Below are positions 51,401-64,000 of a stretch of DNA of 64,000 nucleotides, one piece after another. Each line of letters starts with the position of its first letter. Position 1 is the stretch's first letter. A program made the position numbers and the translations under genes. The stretch comes from Cetorhinus maximus (lineage: Eukaryota): positions 11,966,001 through 12,030,000 of the forward strand of contig NC_135901.1 of the NCBI RefSeq assembly GCF_964194155.1, given 5' to 3'. The notes beneath the pieces are model-generated. The model had not been told where the DNA came from and searched no databases. It worked only from the letters and a program-made list of their open reading frames with translations.

Positions 51401-54400
51401 TGCAACTGTGAGTTGGAGAGATAATATTATACACAAAGATGTTGAGGTGGGATTTGTTCCCTGGCGTTGCCCTAAAACGGGCGGTATTGGAGGACCCGTT
51501 CTTTGAAGCACCTGATAGTTATTTTCATTTAGTTTTAGTCAAAGAAGTTATAGATCAGATCTGGTCAGTTATGTGTGCCGTATAGAAAAAAAAAACATGC
51601 TTCTTGCTTATACCGCCGTTTCTCAAAGATAAATGATGATCTTTACCTGAGCGTTTCAATATTTAATTTTCTTTTACTCAAACTGTCACTGCGGATTATT
51701 TAGTGCTGTAAACATTTATTGATAGCATGTTTCGTTGTGTACTTTTGCTTAGAAAGTGATGTCATACTGACACTTCCGTCACTAAGACCAGCATGTTTAT
51801 CACCAAACTCATTGAATGTCCCTTCTTTCTCTATCTGAGGCAGCGTCTTACTCACTGAACCTCTTCTCTCTCTCTCTCTCAATCTTTCTTTCTCTCTCTC
51901 TCACGCTCTCTCTCCACCCACCATCTAACTCCCGCCCCCACACCCCCGCTCTCTCTCTCTCTCTGAGACAGTCCCTTATTCATTTTGAATCTCTTGTTGT
52001 CTAATAACACTCTTTGGAGATTTTTTTCCGCAAGTTCTCTTCATTCCTCCCAGTGACAACTTTCAGTCCATTCCAGCCTTCAGTGATTGTGTTCAAATCC
52101 AAAACTATGCATTTATTTAAATTGTAGATTGTTTAATACTGTAAGTATTTATTGATAACCAGTCTGTTGTGAGCATTTGTTTATAAAGTGATGTCAGACT
52201 GACGATTTCGTTTCTAAGGTGCTTTATCTGTCTCCGGTGATCAGTTGGAAAGCGGAGTAAATCACATCCAGAATAACCTGCAGTTTATTAACAAATGATC
52301 ACCTCAATATCTCACAGAAGCTCCTGATAATCTCGAATGTGTGATGATTTGTGCAAGTGATGGCAAATATCAAACTTTTTCTACACCTGACATGAGACTA
52401 ATACACCTGTAATTCTCCGATTTATTATTCCTGTTGATGGGAAGGATTGAAACTCCTGCTGCTCTCCAGAGACTTTCACTATTTCTATTTCCACTTTTTT
52501 AACTGTTATCTTCACAAATTCCACCACAACCGCTCGAATCATGTTTGGAGGGATTGGTGTAACTGCAGGTTGTATATTCAATGTAATCTTAACGAAAATA
52601 AACTAGGGCCTAGTCGAGTATAAACGGAGACCGAACTTGGTGTAACATAAGCAGAGATATGGGTTACTGCATTAATAACAGAGACAGTATCTGGTTTAAT
52701 ATAAAAGGAGATATCAGCTAATGAAGTAATAACAGAGACAAGGCCTGGTGTTATATAACCAGGGATATGGGCCCGTGCAGTAATATCAGAGACAGGACTT
52801 GGTGTAATATAAACATATGTATCGGCTAGTGCAAGTAATAACAGGCACAATACCTAGTGTAGTACAGACAGAGGCATGTGCTAGTGCGGTGATAACACAA
52901 ATTGGCCCAAGGAGTCAAATAAACAGAGAAATTGGCGAGTTCAGGAATAAGAGAGAGGGAGGACTTGGTATAACATTGAATGAACCGATATTTGTATGAT
53001 CATAATAACAAAAACACTTTGTATAAAATAACAACTGAAAGAGGTCATGGCGAAACACTAGAAGAAACAGGGTCAACGTTAACAATATCAGAATCAGGTT
53101 ACTATTGAAAACTGATCGGCACAAGGTTTTCAGAAATAAAGAGAGAGGTTTGCATTAGAATTTGAATGATATGTAGGCTCTTCGTGCAACCATTACAGAG
53201 ACAGCGTTTTTTACAATGAGATTGAATATAGGGAACAGATTAAAAACGGTAAAGCTCTGTGTAATTAGTGCAATGTTTGATGATCACAGAGGATAGCAGG
53301 TTGCAGTGCATCACTGAATACATCACTGGGTCCAATGTGATAACGACACGGTCAGCACCTGATCCACCCAAATCGAAGTTGGGTCTGATATAATAGTGTG
53401 TGTGAGGCAGCGCCAATTGATACAGTAGCAAGTCTTTTGCATAATGCCCAATAACAGAGTCAAGCACCACTGAAATATATGAATGGGATGGAGTTGGTGC
53501 AATAACAATGACACAGTCTAGTGTAATGGCTAATAAAACATAACATTCTGGAATGACTCTGCAGGTCAGGCAGAATCTGTGGCGATAAACAGAGTGAACG
53601 TTTCATGGTGATGACCCTTCAGCAGAACCGGGGTAATCGATTAGAAACTTTAACTCTGCTTCTCTCCACAGCCACTGCACTCCCGAGTGGTACAGTTGGT
53701 GGTCCTCCTGCTTTTGAGCTGTAAGATCCGTGTTCAAATTCCTCTCCCGGCTCCGTTCACCACGGGAAGAGTGTTCGTATGACAGAACGCCGGTTTTTAA
53801 TTAGCCTCCAAAATCCTCCCGCCTCTCCACACTTTCCCCAAGGCTGCAAAAAATATGACGATCCGGAAAACATAAAGGCTCGACACCTGCTGTCTGACCT
53901 GTTGAGGATTTCCAGCACATTCGGTATTTATTTCAGATTTCTAGCATCTGTCATATGTTGCCGTTGTACTAATGCAATGGGAACTGGGGATACATCATGT
54001 CAGCATTGACGAATTAGCGTCACTTTTACCCCTGGGTCAAACGGTTGTGGGTTGAAGCCTCAATCCAGAGAGTTGACCATTTAATAACGCCCAGTGCTCA
54101 CGGTGAGAGTTTATATGTCAGCCTTTCTGTTCTCTTATCCATTATTTTCTTACACTCAGGAGGAGGAATTAAAGACAGAGAAACTCTGGACAGTTTCTCC
54201 ATCCAGCAAAGGACGTGTTCCTGGGACATTGTTGCTGCTTTCACCTTCCCGCCCTCTCCAAAAATACAAACAACATCTCCCTCCTTGGATTTGCAAAGGG
54301 AATTCTGACTGCCGGGCCCGGGCCAGACTGGGGCCTGGTCCAATAATATTCACAGAGGCCGGCTCCGGTGTGTCAATAACAGAGGCTGCTGGTAATCTTA

Positions 54401-55097
54401 CATAAAGAGAGGCAGGGGTTCTAATAAACATCTGACTGTTATAGGATGTGAAAGTGCGAGGAAGCAATGATGTTTAGGGCCTTAGCGCAGGCTTCTGTGT
54501 TATAGTGAGTGACCCAGGGATTTGTGTGGTAAAAACGGAGCGGAAACATCATGACAGAGGCCCGTGTGACTGACTCCACCTGACTGAGAGCTGTTATACC
54601 CAAGGGGAAGACAATCATGGCGGACTCCAGAGATTACTGATATCTGCAGGGTCAATGCTGCATCTCTCAGAGGAACAGAAAATAATCTGCTCCCTCTCAT
54701 TCTTACCGACAGTTCTCCATTTACACAGACACGCAAGGGCCGGACCCGGCAGCTTGTCGAAACCAATGTTTAAATCTTCAGCTTGAGGCACATGATGACT
54801 GAAAGGATTGAACACAAAAACCTCACCAGAGGAACAATTCAGAGCCGTAAATGTTAAAGATAATCGTGCTTTCTCCTAAACGAGCTCTATTCAGTGTTAT
54901 TATTTTGTTCAAAGTAGTCGTTTGTAAACAGTAGTGAACTTCTGAATGATTCCTGACAATTATCGACACACACACACTCAAGTACTGTCAAAAGACAGGA
55001 TTAGCAGAAGACGAAAGCTGTGTAATTATTGCATTTTATTTGGGCTCAATGAGGGACAGAGGTGGTTATAGGAAAGGTGCTGGGACAATGAGATGAC
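50690..55097 (+). repeat. Left arm of large inverted duplication
   Basis: Reverse complement of ~59430-64000. Mirrored ORFs include 53779-54009(+) / 60513-60743(-), 54045-54308(+) / 60214-60477(-) and 54500-54766(-) / 59756-60022(+). Confidence 0.9.
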
Positions 55098-55469
55098 NNN
55101 NNNNNNNNNNNNNNNNNNNNNNNNNNNNNNNNNNNNNNNNNNNNNNNNNNNNNNNNNNNNNNNNNNNNNNNNNNNNNNNNNNNNNNNNNNNNNNNNNNNN
55201 NNNNNNNNNNNNNNNNNNNNNNNNNNNNNNNNNNNNNNNNNNNNNNNNNNNNNNNNNNNNNNNNNNNNNNNNNNNNNNNNNNNNNNNNNNNNNNNNNNNN
55301 NNNNNNNNNNNNNNNNNNNNNNNNNNNNNNNNNNNNNNNNNNNNNNNNNNNNNNNNNNNNNNNNNNNNNNNNNNNNNNNNNNNNNNNNNNNNNNNNNNNN
55401 NNNNNNNNNNNNNNNNNNNNNNNNNNNNNNNNNNNNNNNNNNNNNNNNNNNNNNNNNNNNNNNNNNNNN
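55098..55469. other. Assembly gap (372 N); other gaps at 14264-14527, 15750-15885, 20623-20755, 57799-57998
   Basis: Runs of N. Confidence 0.99.
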
Positions 55470-55720
55470 CTGTATCACTGTGTATCTGGTATCCCCACTT
55501 TGTTCAGGTTTTTGTACAGCTCTCTCCGCGCTCTGTATCACTATGTGTCTGTAATCCCTCCATGTTCAGGTTTTTGTACAGCTCTCTCCGCGCTCTGTAC
55601 CACTATGTGTCTGTAATCCCACCATGTTCAGTTTTTTGTACAGCTCTCTCCGCGCTCTGTATCACTGTGTGTCTGTAATCCCACCATGTTCAAGTTTCTG
55701 TACAGCTCTCTCCGTGATCT
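55470..55720 (-). repeat. Second tandem 23-RSS array (same 62-bp unit), at least 4-5 units, abutting an N gap
   Basis: Plus-strand heptamers at 55476 (CACTGTG), 55539 and 55601 (CACTATG) and 55663 (CACTGTG). Nonamers at 55507, 55569, 55631 and 55693. Confidence 0.9.
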
Positions 55721-55808
55721 AACCCTGAACATTCACAGCTTCAAGTAGTGGTGTCACCGACAGCAGAGGTGTGTAGAGGTGGGCACCAAGACACCAGGGA
55801 ACTGGAAT
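55721..55808 (-). pseudogene. Truncated supporting V-delta of second NAR-TCR cassette
   Basis: (D)SSSLVSWCPPLHTSAVGDTTT*SCECSG is homologous to ~34660-34746. The rest of the V and the proximal heptamer are deleted. Confidence 0.85.
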
Positions 55809-57229
55809 CTGGAGAATAGAAAAATGAACATTATTTGTTTGCTTAGCCATTGTTTACCTGGGAGAATTTGTCAATGACATGAAAAGTTCGTTTTTCTTAA
55901 CTTGAAGCCTGTTACAACCGTATTCACAGTCATTCAAATGTGATTAAGTGCAGAGATGATAATTTTCTTTTGAATCGAGAATTTTTCCAATCTGCACTGC
56001 ACAATCAAAATGGTTGGTGCGAACAGACTCAGTGGGAACTTTCAAACGGATGATGTATCTCTACTGCAACAGGAAAAATGTACAGCCTCATGAGGAAATA
56101 CATGCGTTTTGGTAAAAATTCGATTGCGCTTTGAAAGGGATAGCACCTCTACGATGGGCCGAATATCATCCTACTTCTCGGCATGGTTCTATGATGTATG
56201 TTACATTTGTGCTTCTATTTTCCTTGGTGAGCGACACCCCGAGTGAACATTTATTTTCAGTGAGGTAATCAGTTTCCAAAATTGACTGTCCGGGACAATA
56301 AGTATCAGCATCACTGCGCCCAGCATGATCGAAATGAAAGCGATTGTGATTAATCAGCATTGACTGAAACTTCTCTCTTCACAGTTCTAATGGCCGACCC
56401 CTTATGTTGAAACTGTGGCTCCCAGTTATAGACTTTCCAACCTGAGGAAGCTCCCACCTAGAATCTTCCCTCTCAAGCCCCTTAAGGATATCATGAGATC
56501 GCCCCTCATTCCTGTAAACTCCAGGGAACACAGGCCCAGCCTACTCAATCCCTTCTCATAAGGCAATCCCTTTACCTCAGGAATCAGCCTGATGAACATT
56601 TGTTGCAAAGCATGTCGAACCTTCCCTAAGTAAGAGGCCAGACTTTACACAGCATTCCAAACTGGAGTCCTTCTCTCCATAAACACCACCCACCACCCTG
56701 GGCTCGGATTGTACTTTGAACGGCCCAGAGATAATCCAATCGTTCTTTCCCATTCGATGAATTATTTCTTGCTGGTTCTAAATGAACATTCTCTCAGTTT
56801 AGAATTGTTTCCTTATGTCCCTGTTCTCTTTTATAAGATTAATGCATCATCCTCACTCTCTCACTGCACTTTGAGTTTTTAATTCACAGTAATCAGAGAT
56901 ACAGATAAATTACAGCAATCCCATCTCTCAAACATCGACATTCAATGTAGAGAAGTGTCTGCAGATCCAAACTTTCACATTTCGATCTGAGGATGGAGAA
57001 GGAGGAAAGTGATTGGGTATATGAAGACAATTGAAGCAAATGGCGGGTAAAATGACCCGACTGTCGAATAATTTCCTGTTCCCAAATCGAAGCCTGCAAA
57101 GGAAAAGATCCCTTAAAAATCGTTTTTTTTTAGCTTCGATGTGATTGACACGATGTTGATCACAATAATAATCTGACGGTGAACATTATCTGGCACAGTC
57201 TGCAACACGCGGGCTTTAGAGTCACTTTC

Positions 57230-57301
57230 CGGCTGTGACAGTCACCACCATCCCGGAACCATCTACAAAATTAGCAGACCACTCTCACAGGTACAAGAAC
57301 C
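57230..57301 (-). pseudogene. NAR-TCR J pseudogene
   Basis: ANFVDGSGMVVTVTA; donor GT>GA; heptamer deleted; nonamer ACAAGAACC retained. Confidence 0.85.
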
Positions 57302-57609
57302 ATTGACAACTCAACCTGCCGGGAAATCATGATCAGGCAGTAGACACCTCACAATTATACAGCGGGTTTAAATGAATCATAAATATTCAATGTTTCAAAG
57401 TCTCTATCGGTTCAAACTGTTCTTTGTGAGGCCCTGAGCTCTGAGTAAACGGTCCCGGGAATGCGATATTCGCTCCATATAAACTGAGAAAAATATCAAA
57501 TAAAGAAAACTGAATGGTGGAAATTACAATGAAATATAACCAGATTACAAGGATATTAACATCAACCCGACAATTCATTATCCGGGCCCGGAGAATTAAT
57601 GTTTAAAAA

Positions 57610-57670
57610 GATATTTGCCCTGCTCTCTCCCACTGTGACTGCCTATGTTACAAGTTAGTATAAAATACCC
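57610..57670 (-). pseudogene. NAR-TCR D remnant
   Basis: Homologous to 38066-38136. The 3' 12-RSS is retained (heptamer 57631-57637); half of the D and the 5' heptamer are deleted. Confidence 0.8.
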
Positions 57671-59429
57671 GCGGGTACTTGGTGAGATGTGGGGACATTA
57701 GTTAAACAGCGGGGACTGCGGTTCCCGGTTCCAGCTGTTAGAACAGGATCCCATCTGGTGTTAGGGGTTTGTAACTGGGATCAGTCATTACCAATCCCNN
57801 NNNNNNNNNNNNNNNNNNNNNNNNNNNNNNNNNNNNNNNNNNNNNNNNNNNNNNNNNNNNNNNNNNNNNNNNNNNNNNNNNNNNNNNNNNNNNNNNNNNN
57901 NNNNNNNNNNNNNNNNNNNNNNNNNNNNNNNNNNNNNNNNNNNNNNNNNNNNNNNNNNNNNNNNNNNNNNNNNNNNNNNNNNNNNNNNNNNNNNNNNNGT
58001 CAAGGAAAATACATCTTTCAAATGACTCACTGAACTTCTTCCCTCTCTTCCTCTGTCTCAGACTACACCTAAATCAGTTAACCTATCTTCCCTCTCTCAG
58101 ACTTCACTTATCTCACTTACACAGACTCACAAGGGCCGCATCTGGCAGCTACGAGGAACCAATGTTTAAATCTTTCGCTTAAAGCACATTATCACTGAAA
58201 AGATTAAGCGCCAAAACTTCATCAGAGCAAAATTCAGTGCCATAAAGACACAGCTCACTCACTTAACCTCTCTCCTCTCTTTCTCTCAGGCAGCACCAAA
58301 CCCTCTTAAAACTTTCCATTTCAGAATAACCGCCTGTGAACAGTATTATTGTTTTAATTTCCCCTCTTTTCTCCCAGTGATAACCTTCAATCCATCTCGC
58401 CTTCAGTTAAAATGTTAGAACCAAAACAATCTCATTTATTTAATTCTTTAAAATGAAAATGGAGGTGAATGTAATGCTGAGGCCGGCAGCACTCTGTGTG
58501 GTTGTTCTTGATGCTGTCAGAGTGAGTTCACCCTCACAGGCAGGAAGACTGTTCACGGTGATAACATGAAACTGACGCCTGTTGTTTCATTCTCAGGTAA
58601 CACAACTTCCTGTTTCTCTGCTGCCGGTTCCAAACCGCACATCTCACTTCTGAGCAGAAAATAAATCCAGGGGCCACAATCTGGTGAGAACATCTGTCAA
58701 GGCGGCCTATATCTGGCCACAGAGTCAGGGCAGAGTCACACAGATCACATTGCGGTGACATTTACAAATGAGCCTGTGTGATCCGTTTCGAGCTTCCATT
58801 TCCAGGACATAACTGGATGGTCAGTCACTGAGCTCCCTCGAGTCCCTGAAGCGGGGAAATGAGATCTTGCTCCCTTTCATTTTTCGTTGTCATACTCCAC
58901 CACCCGCCCCCACTCTAACTCCCCCTGCACACCCCACCAACACCGCATCCCACCACCACCCTCCCGCCACCCGCCACGCGCACACACTCCCTGAACATAC
59001 ACTTTCCCTCCAAACTTGTTTCCTCTGTTTCTCTGCAACATTCCGTCTCCCTTTTTTCATTTTAAGTCTCCTTCCCTTAGTTTTATCTCTGTCTATCTCT
59101 CTGTGTATCTCTGTCCACCTCTCTGTGTGTCTATTAAATAGAAGCGTTCAAAATCATGAAAGTTTTGATAGTGTGAATAAAGACAGACTATTTCAATTGG
59201 TAGGAGGGTCGGTAACCAGGGGACGCAAATTTACTTTATTGAACAGGAAGACAGGAGGATAATTGCTTATTTTTTTTAACACGGCCAGTTGTTCTGAACT
59301 GGAATGCGCAGCTTGAAAGGGCGATGGAATCATACCAATAGTAACTTTGTAAAATGAATTCTATAAATACTTAAAGGGGTTAAAATTTGAAGGATGACAG
59401 GGAATAGGGTCAATTGAAATGCTCATCTA

Positions 59430-62400
59430 TATCATTGTCCCAGCACCTTTCCTGTATCTACCTCTGTCCCTCATCGAGCCCAAATAAAATGCAATAATTA
59501 CACAGCTTTCGCCTTCTGCTAATCCTGTCTTTTGACAGCGCTTGAGTGTGTGTGTGTCGATAATTGCCAGGAATCATTCGGAAGTTCACTACTGTTTACA
59601 AACCACTACGTTGAACAAAATAATAACACTGAATAGAGCTCGTTTAGTAGAAAGCACGATTATCTTTAACATTTTCGGCTCTGATTTTTCCTCTGGTGAG
59701 GTTTTGGTGTTCAATCCTTTCAGTCATCATGTGCCTCAAGCTGAAGATTTAAACATTGGTTTCGACAAGCTGCCGGGTCCGGCCCTTGCGTGTCTGTGTA
59801 AATGGAGAACTGTCGGTAAGAATGAGAGGGAGCAGATTATTTTCTGTTCCTCTGACAGATGCAGCATTGACCCTGCAGATATCAGAAATCTCTGGAGTCC
59901 GCCATGATTGTCCTCCCCTTGGGTATAACAGCTCTCAGTCAGGCGGAGTCAGTCACACGGGCCTCTGTCATGATGTTTCCGCTCCGTTTTTACCACACAA
60001 ATCCCTGGGTCACTCAGCATAACACAGAAGCCTGCGCTAAGGCCCTAAACATCATTGCTTCCTCACACTTTCACACCCTATAACAGTCAGATGTTTATTA
60101 GAACCCCTGCCTCTCTTTATGTAAGATTACCAGCAGCCTCTGTTATTGATACACTGCAGCCGGCCTCTGTGGTTATTATTGGACCAGGCCCCAGTCTGGC
60201 CCGGGCCCGGCAGTCAGAACTCCCTTTGCAAATCCAAGGAGGGAGATGTTGTTTGTATTTTTGGTGAGGGCGAGAAGGTCAAAGCAGCAACAATGTCCCA
60301 GGAACCTGTCCTTTGCTGGATGGAGAAACTGTCCAGAGTTACTCTGTCTTTAATTCCTCCTCCTGAGTGTAAGAAAATAATGGATAAAAGAACAGAAAGG
60401 CTAACATATAAACTATCACCGTGAGCACTGGCCGTTAATAAATGGTCAACTCTCTGGATTGAGGCTTCAATCCACAACCGTTTGACCCAGGGGTAAGAGT
60501 GACGCTAATTCGTCAATGCTGACATGATGTATCCCCAGTTCCCATTGCATTAGTACAACGGCAACATATGACAGATGCTAGAAATCTAAAACAAAATCCG
60601 AATGTGCTGGAAATCCTCAACAGGTCAGACAGCAGGTGTCGAGTCTGTTTGTTTTCCGGATCGTCATATTCTTTGCAGCCTTGGGGAAAGTGTGGAGAGG
60701 CGGGAGGATTTTGGAGGCTAATTAAAAACCGGCGTTCTGTCACACGAACACTCTTCCCGTGGTCAACGGAGCCGGGGGTGGAACCTGAACACAGATCTTA
60801 CAGCTCAAAAGCAGGAGGACCACCAACTGTACCACTCGGGAGTGCAGTGGCTGTGGAAAGAAGCAGAGTTAAAGTTTCCAATCGATGAATCCGGTTCTGC
60901 TGAAGGGTCATCGCCATGAAACGTTCACTCTGTTTATCACCACAGATTCTGCCTGACCTGCAGAGTCATTCCAGAATGTTATGTTTTATTTGCTATTACA
61001 CTAGACTGTGTCAGTGTTATTACACCACTCCATGCCATTCATATTGCAGTAGTGCTTGACTCTGTTATTGAGCATTAGGCAAAAGATTTGCTACTGTATC
61101 AATTAGCGCTGCCTCACACACACTATTATATCAGACCCAACTTCGATTTGGGTGGATCAGGTGCTGACTGTGTCGTTATCACACTGGATCCAGTGAGTAT
61201 TCATTGACGCAGTGCAACCTGCCATCCCCTGTTATCATCAAACATTGCATTTGTTACACACAACTTCCCTGTTTTTAATCTGTTCCCTGTGTCCAATCTC
61301 ATTGTATAAAACGCTGTCTCTGTAATGGCTGCACTAAGAACCGACCTGCTATTGAAATTCACATGCAAACCTCACTCTTTATTTCTCAAAACCTTGTGCC
61401 TATCACTTTTCAATAGGAACCTGTTTCTGATATTGTTAACGTTGACCCTGCTTCTGTTAGTGATCCACGATGACCTCTTTCATTTGTTGTTTAATGCAAA
61501 GCATTTTTGCAATTATGCTTACATAAAAACCTGTTTACTCGAATGTTATACCAGGTCCTCTCTCTCTCTTATTCCTGAACTAGCCCATTTCTCTGTTTAT
61601 GTTACTCCCAGGGAAAGTTCGTGTTATCACTGTACTAGCACATGTCTCTGTCTGTATTAGACCAGATATTGTACCTGTTATTACTGCACCAGCCGATTTC
61701 TCTGATAATATTTGACCAGGCCCTGTCTCTCCAAATTACTAAACTACTCCATATCTCTGTTTCTATTACACCAGGTCCTGTTACCGTTATTACTGCACCA
61801 GCCTATAATTCCATTTATATTACACCAAGCCTGTCTCGATTATTACTGCACTAGCCCATATAATTGGTTACATTACATCAGGCCCTGTCTCTGTCATTAC
61901 CTCATTAGCCAATATCTCTTTTTATATTGCACGAGCTCTCATCTTTGTTATTCTGCACTGGTCCATATCTTTGCCTATATTACACCAGGTCCGCTCTCTG
62001 CTTATGCTACACTTGATCCTGGTTTATTTTGGTTAAGATCACATTGAATATATAACACACAGACAGACCAATCAGGCAAAAATGATTCGAGTGGTTGCGG
62101 AGGAATTTGTGAAGATAACGATAAAAACAGTGGAAGCAGAAATATTGGAATTTCTCTGGAGAGCAGCAGGAGTTCCAATTCTTCTCATCAGCAGGAATAA
62201 TAAGCCGGAGAATTACAGGTGTATTTATCTCATGTCAGGTATAGATAATGTTTTATTTTTGCCAACATTTGAAGAAACAACCTCACATTCGATATATATC
62301 AGGAAATTCTGTGAGATGCTGAGTGGTCATGTGTTCATAAGCTGCTCGTTATTCTCGATGTGATTTAATTCACTTTCCAACTGACCATCGGAGACAGATA

Positions 62401-64000
62401 AACCTACCTCAGAAACTAAATAGTCAGTCTGACATCATTTTATCAACAAATGCACACAACAGAATACTTATCAATAAATTGTTACATCGTTAAACAATCT
62501 GCAACTTAAATAAATGCGTAGTTTTGCATTTGAACACAATCACTGAAGGCGGGAATGGACTGAAGGTTGTCACTGAGAGAAATGAAGGGAAATTACTGAA
62601 AAAAATGGATTTTCTCCTCAGAGTGTTATTAGATAACAGCAGATTCGAAATGAGTAAGAGACTGTCTCAGAGAGAGAGAGAGATAGAGGGACAGAGGGAG
62701 AGAGAGGGAGAGAGAGAGAGAGACAGAGAGAGAGCGGGGGAGAGAGACAGAGAGAGAGAGAGGGGCGGGGGCGGGGGGTGGGTGGAGAGAGACAGAGACA
62801 GAGAGAGAGAGAAGAGGTTCAGTGAGTTAGACGCTGCCTCAGACAGAGAGAGAAGAGACCTTCAGTGAGTTTGATGATGGACGTGATCGTCTTAGTAACG
62901 ACACAGTCAGTATGACATCACTTCCTAAACAAAAGTGCACAATGAAACATGTTATCAATAAACATTTACAGTACTAAATCATCCGTAGTTATATTTTGAG
63001 TGAAAGAAAATTAAATATTGAAACATTCTGGTGAAGATCATCGTTAATCTTTGAGAAACGACGGTATAAGCAAGAGGCATGTTTTTTTTTGCATACAACA
63101 CACATAACAGGCGACACCTGACATACAATTTCGCTGACTGAAACTAAATGAAAATAACTGTCAAGTGCTGCAAAGAATGGGCCATCAAATACCGCCCGTT
63201 TTAGGCCAACTCCGGAGAAAAATTCCCACGTCAACATCTTTGTTTGTAATATTACCCCTCCAACTCACAGAGACATAGAGAACTGCAGTAATAACAGAGA
63301 CATGGTCTAGTGTAGAAATAACTGAGGCAGGGTTAGCGCAGAAATTACTGAATAAGTACCTGGCTTAATATCAATTGATATTAATCTACTCTCGGGGCTA
63401 GGACAGTAATTATTGATCCGGCGCATAGATTAATAAACTCCTAGAGAGGACCTGGTGCAGTAATAACTGAGATTGCCTCTCGTGTAAGATAAATAAAAAC
63501 ATGATCTATTGGAATAAAAACAGAGACAGGGTGTGTGTAATATAACATGTATGAACTCGTGCAGCAACAACTAAGACAGGCTTGACTGTTGTATATACAA
63601 ACACTAGGTCCAGAGACTTTGCCGCAGGTAATGCAACCAGAGACACGGCCGAAATCGGAAGAGCTGAGACGAGGCCGAGCACTGAAATAACTGCGGCAGG
63701 AACTGGTGTAATATTATCATAGACATAATCCATTTCAATATAAACAAAGTCAGGGTCTGGTGCAGTAATACTGAGACAGGGCTGATTGCTCCAATTATTG
63801 ATACAGCACCGACAGCAATATAAACCGAGACTGGGTCTTGTCTCAGAGATTGCTGAGCCAGGATTTAGTGCATTAACAACAGACTTGGCCTTGTGTAATA
63901 TAAACAGGGACATGGTCTGCACAGCAATAACAAAGACAGGATCTATTCTAATAGAAACTGAGACAATGTCTAGTGTAATATAAACTGAGGCAGGGTCTAG
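59430..64000 (-). repeat. Right arm of large inverted duplication (runs off window end)
   Basis: Begins near TCATTGTCCCAGCACCTTTCC, the reverse complement of ~55070-55090, and stays collinear to the window end. Confidence 0.9.

Noticed and set aside
53779-54815. ORFs mirrored at 59.5-60.7 kb, suggesting a conserved gene
   Set aside because: The similarity is explained by the inverted duplication; all frames are equally preserved and no domain is recognisable.
58566-58860. Leader-like MKLTPVVSFS + GTAAC donor and later acceptor
   Set aside because: No Cys/Trp/YYC V motifs or RSS downstream; cannot be supported as a V gene or as the missing NAR V.

Overview
Eukaryotic (cartilaginous fish, shark-like) genomic DNA from the variable region of the T-cell receptor alpha/delta locus. 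It holds 10 conventional TCR V segments of several families in both orientations: 2 apparently intact, 1 with an intact exon but a dead leader, and the rest pseudogenes. There is one complete NAR-TCR cassette on the minus strand: leader + IgNAR-like V, one 12/12 D, one J, and a leaderless supporting V-delta. A second, decayed NAR-TCR cassette sits in the spacer of a >4 kb inverted duplication. The most unusual feature is that the supporting V-delta is followed by a 62-bp tandem array in which each unit carries a complete 23-RSS (six RSSs in a row), and the same array is present in the second cassette. Other content: a Penelope-like retroelement (RT + GIY-YIG, 15-bp TSD, inverted 5' part), hammerhead-like pLTR motifs, CR1 LINE fragments, a two-exon GPR139-like GPCR pseudogene, a degenerate intron-containing tRNA-Arg(TCT), CTCF-like motifs beside V RSSs, a 27-bp minisatellite family and five N gaps. 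No TCR constant region or TCR-delta/alpha D-J segments are in the window. All calls come from manual reading; no database searches were run.
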